Positions 14,091 to 15,972 of a DNA stretch of 15,972 nucleotides are shown here, one piece after another; the first letter of the stretch is position 1, and each line of letters starts with the position of its first letter. The position numbers and the translations under genes were made by a program. Below the pieces are notes generated by a model. The model did no database searches, was not told where the DNA came from, and saw only the letters and a program-made list of their open reading frames with translations. The stretch is from a virus (lineage: Duplodnaviria; Heunggongvirae; Uroviricota; Caudoviricetes): IMG/VR virus record IMGVR_UViG_3300021426_000084. One strand, 5' to 3'.

Positions 14091-14855
14091 ATGAAGGTAT
14101 ATGAACTGGTGCGTGAGTTGGCAAAATGCGACCCCAACAAAGATGTTGAAGGTATAATGAGGAACAAGGATAATGTTCCTGAAAGCTATAGCGTTAAGTG
14201 TGTAAGAGATTCAGGTTTGTTAGATACAGCTTTGGTTGAGTTTGAACCGTTCGTATGCAAAAAACAGCGCGCGAAAAAAGACAACAGTAAAGACACGCCA
14301 GAAAAGATGACAAGAAAACAACTCTTTTATCAGCTGGTTAAAGATAATTGGATGGAAGAGTTTCGAGGCGTAATTTGGCATGTCTGCGAAGAAATGCCAT
14401 TTCGTGTACTTGCTAATGTGGACGTATTTCTGGAAGAGTTCTCAAAGCTGTCCGATAAAGAACAGGTATGTTATATCGGGCACATGGTAGAGTATGAAGA
14501 CTCCTTCAACCGGCTCAGTGAATCTCATCGGCATCAGCTGAGTTACATCAATGAAGACAACTACAACAAAAATGCTAGGTATCTGATTACAGTTGTGTTC
14601 AGATGGCATAATACGGAAGCGCCGAGAAATGACCACTTTACGGAACAGAACTTTATCTCTAGCCATCATATTGATAGTGTAGAAGATAAAACTGTTAAGA
14701 AGATTATCGATAACGTATGGAAATGCTGCAGCGGGCATTATGAAAATGAGCCGCCGAAATGGTCTGGCGATAGTTTTAAGTTCCGGTACAGCAGTTGGTG
14801 CTGGTGCTATATTACAGTAAGATCAAAACCGTTGCTTATCGAGACAGATAACTAA
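14091..14855 (+). CDS. Hypothetical phage-type protein
   Basis: GAGGGG RBS; N-terminal MKVYELVRELAKCDPNKDV matches a frequent phage N-terminal pattern (MKVxELIxxLxxxDPxxEV). Confidence 0.8.
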   Translation: MKVYELVRELAKCDPNKDVEGIMRNKDNVPESYSVKCVRDSGLLDTALVEFEPFVCKKQRAKKDNSKDTPEKMTRKQLFYQLVKDNWMEEFRGVIWHVCEEMPFRVLANVDVFLEEFSKLSDKEQVCYIGHMVEYEDSFNRLSESHRHQLSYINEDNYNKNARYLITVVFRWHNTEAPRNDHFTEQNFISSHHIDSVEDKTVKKIIDNVWKCCSGHYENEPPKWSGDSFKFRYSSWCWCYITVRSKPLLIETDN

Positions 14856-14893
14856 CTGTATGTGCGTAAGTAAGAAAAGGAGACTGATATATA

Positions 14894-15751
14894 ATGTTTA
14901 AAAAAGTAGCTGTGCATGATAGCGTATTCCATGCTGATGATGTAGTGGCGGTAGCCGCTATCAGAGTTTTATATGGTTATGAACCTGCCATTTTGCGTAT
15001 TCCTTCTCGCGATGATGAGAAACAGGAAAAGGCACGCCAGGACGGATTTACGCTGGTAGATATTGGCGGCGGAGAATTTGACCATCATGGTGCCGCCCGC
15101 GACTGGCAGTATAATAACGGCATCTATCTGTCTGCTTTAGGCAAGGTACTGAAGCAGGCTGTAAAAGACGGCAAGCTTACGCAGGAAGAACTGGACATCC
15201 TTCTGTTTAATGGTCTGTACGACCTGCAGGCAAAGGACAATGGCCAGGACTTTGATGGTGTACCGAGCCCGTTCGGTTTTGTTCACTGGCTTAACAGCGA
15301 GGATATTAGCGATGACATATGTCAGATCTGGCAGTTCCGGCTTGCTGTCGAAATAGCAATAAATATTTTTGCCTCTATGCTGAATGATGCAAAGAAGTCT
15401 ATCGCTGAACATGAGGAATGCGTTGCGGTCTTTAAGGCCATGGGAGAAGATGGCATTGCTAACTTCCCGCATTATATGTCTCATGGTGTGCGGGAGTGTC
15501 AGCAGTGGAATGACCGGTTCCCGGAGAAAGAAGTTAAGTTCTTTACGTTCCCGATGAGGATTGGTGGATATAGAATTCAGGGCGTGAATAAGGTAGGTTC
15601 TTTTAAACTTAACCATGAACTGAAGTATAAGGGTCTTAGGAATGAAGAACTTAATGCCGCCGCCGGTATTACGGATGGAATATTCGTTCACGCAACGGGA
15701 TTCATTGGCGGCGCCGATTCTTTGGAGAGCTGCTATAAACTGGCGAAGTGA
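14894..15751 (+). CDS. MYG1: MYG1/UPF0160-family DHH-superfamily nuclease
   Basis: Conserved motifs HDSVFHADD, LVDIGGGEFDHH, and C-terminal GITDGIFVHATGFIGG. Confidence 0.9.
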   Translation: MFKKVAVHDSVFHADDVVAVAAIRVLYGYEPAILRIPSRDDEKQEKARQDGFTLVDIGGGEFDHHGAARDWQYNNGIYLSALGKVLKQAVKDGKLTQEELDILLFNGLYDLQAKDNGQDFDGVPSPFGFVHWLNSEDISDDICQIWQFRLAVEIAINIFASMLNDAKKSIAEHEECVAVFKAMGEDGIANFPHYMSHGVRECQQWNDRFPEKEVKFFTFPMRIGGYRIQGVNKVGSFKLNHELKYKGLRNEELNAAAGITDGIFVHATGFIGGADSLESCYKLAK

Positions 15752-15785
15752 AACTCATGAGGATAGCAGAAAGGAAAGTTGAATC

Positions 15786-15972
15786 ATGATAATCGCGAGT
15801 GTTGAGACTAAGAAGATAATGAAAGCTTCGTACTGTCTGCAGGGGAAGAAGCCGCCCGCGGGCGCGCTGCGTAAAATATATGGACGCAGGAGAATAACTG
15901 GCTGCTTCCCGTTCCTTGGAATAGGAACACCCTGTAAATGTACCAAAGTATATACGGCTTTGAGCAAGAAGA
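15786..15972 (+). CDS. 5' part of a hypothetical basic protein (MIIASVETKKIMKASYCLQGKKPP...), truncated
   Basis: GAAAGGAAAG RBS, ATG 15786, open to the window end. Confidence 0.5.
   Translation, partial: MIIASVETKKIMKASYCLQGKKPPAGALRKIYGRRRITGCFPFLGIGTPCKCTKVYTALSKK

Noticed and set aside
69-15967. Minus-strand ORFs in the track (e.g. 5613-6347, 3727-4317, 13499-14047, 15137-15691)
   Set aside because: They are antisense shadows of better + strand genes, lack RBSs and show no recognisable domains

Overview
Gene-dense, entirely + strand segment of a large mobile element (phage/prophage or conjugative megaplasmid/ICE). The host is probably a Bacillota (Firmicutes), judged from sigmaA-type promoters and strong AGGAGG RBSs. 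There are three parts. (1) 1-8000: a DUF4258 + YgiT-type zinc-finger toxin-antitoxin pair followed by about 15 small, mostly orphan genes. (2) 8300-12380: two long non-coding, hairpin-rich regions flanking a large Rha/Bro-N antirepressor-like gene. (3) 12385-end: an AT-richer block of hypothetical genes plus a MYG1-family DHH nuclease. Two unexplained patterns stand out. First, a repeated intergenic element consists of a 6-7 bp hairpin whose triloop reads GGA/GAA on the template strand, followed at near-fixed distance by TTGTCTTGTTTNYYWTGA (6 clear copies, 1 degenerate copy, 1 hairpin-less copy). Second, 9 of the 19 proteins ending between 1 and 11180 finish in Ala-Ala-COOH, an ssrA/ClpXP-like degron, versus 0 of 5 to the right of 12385. 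Together they suggest an ssDNA-triggered, self-limiting early-expression module (inference). No tRNA, rRNA, CRISPR array, integrase, transposase, relaxase or RNA polymerase gene was recognised in the window.
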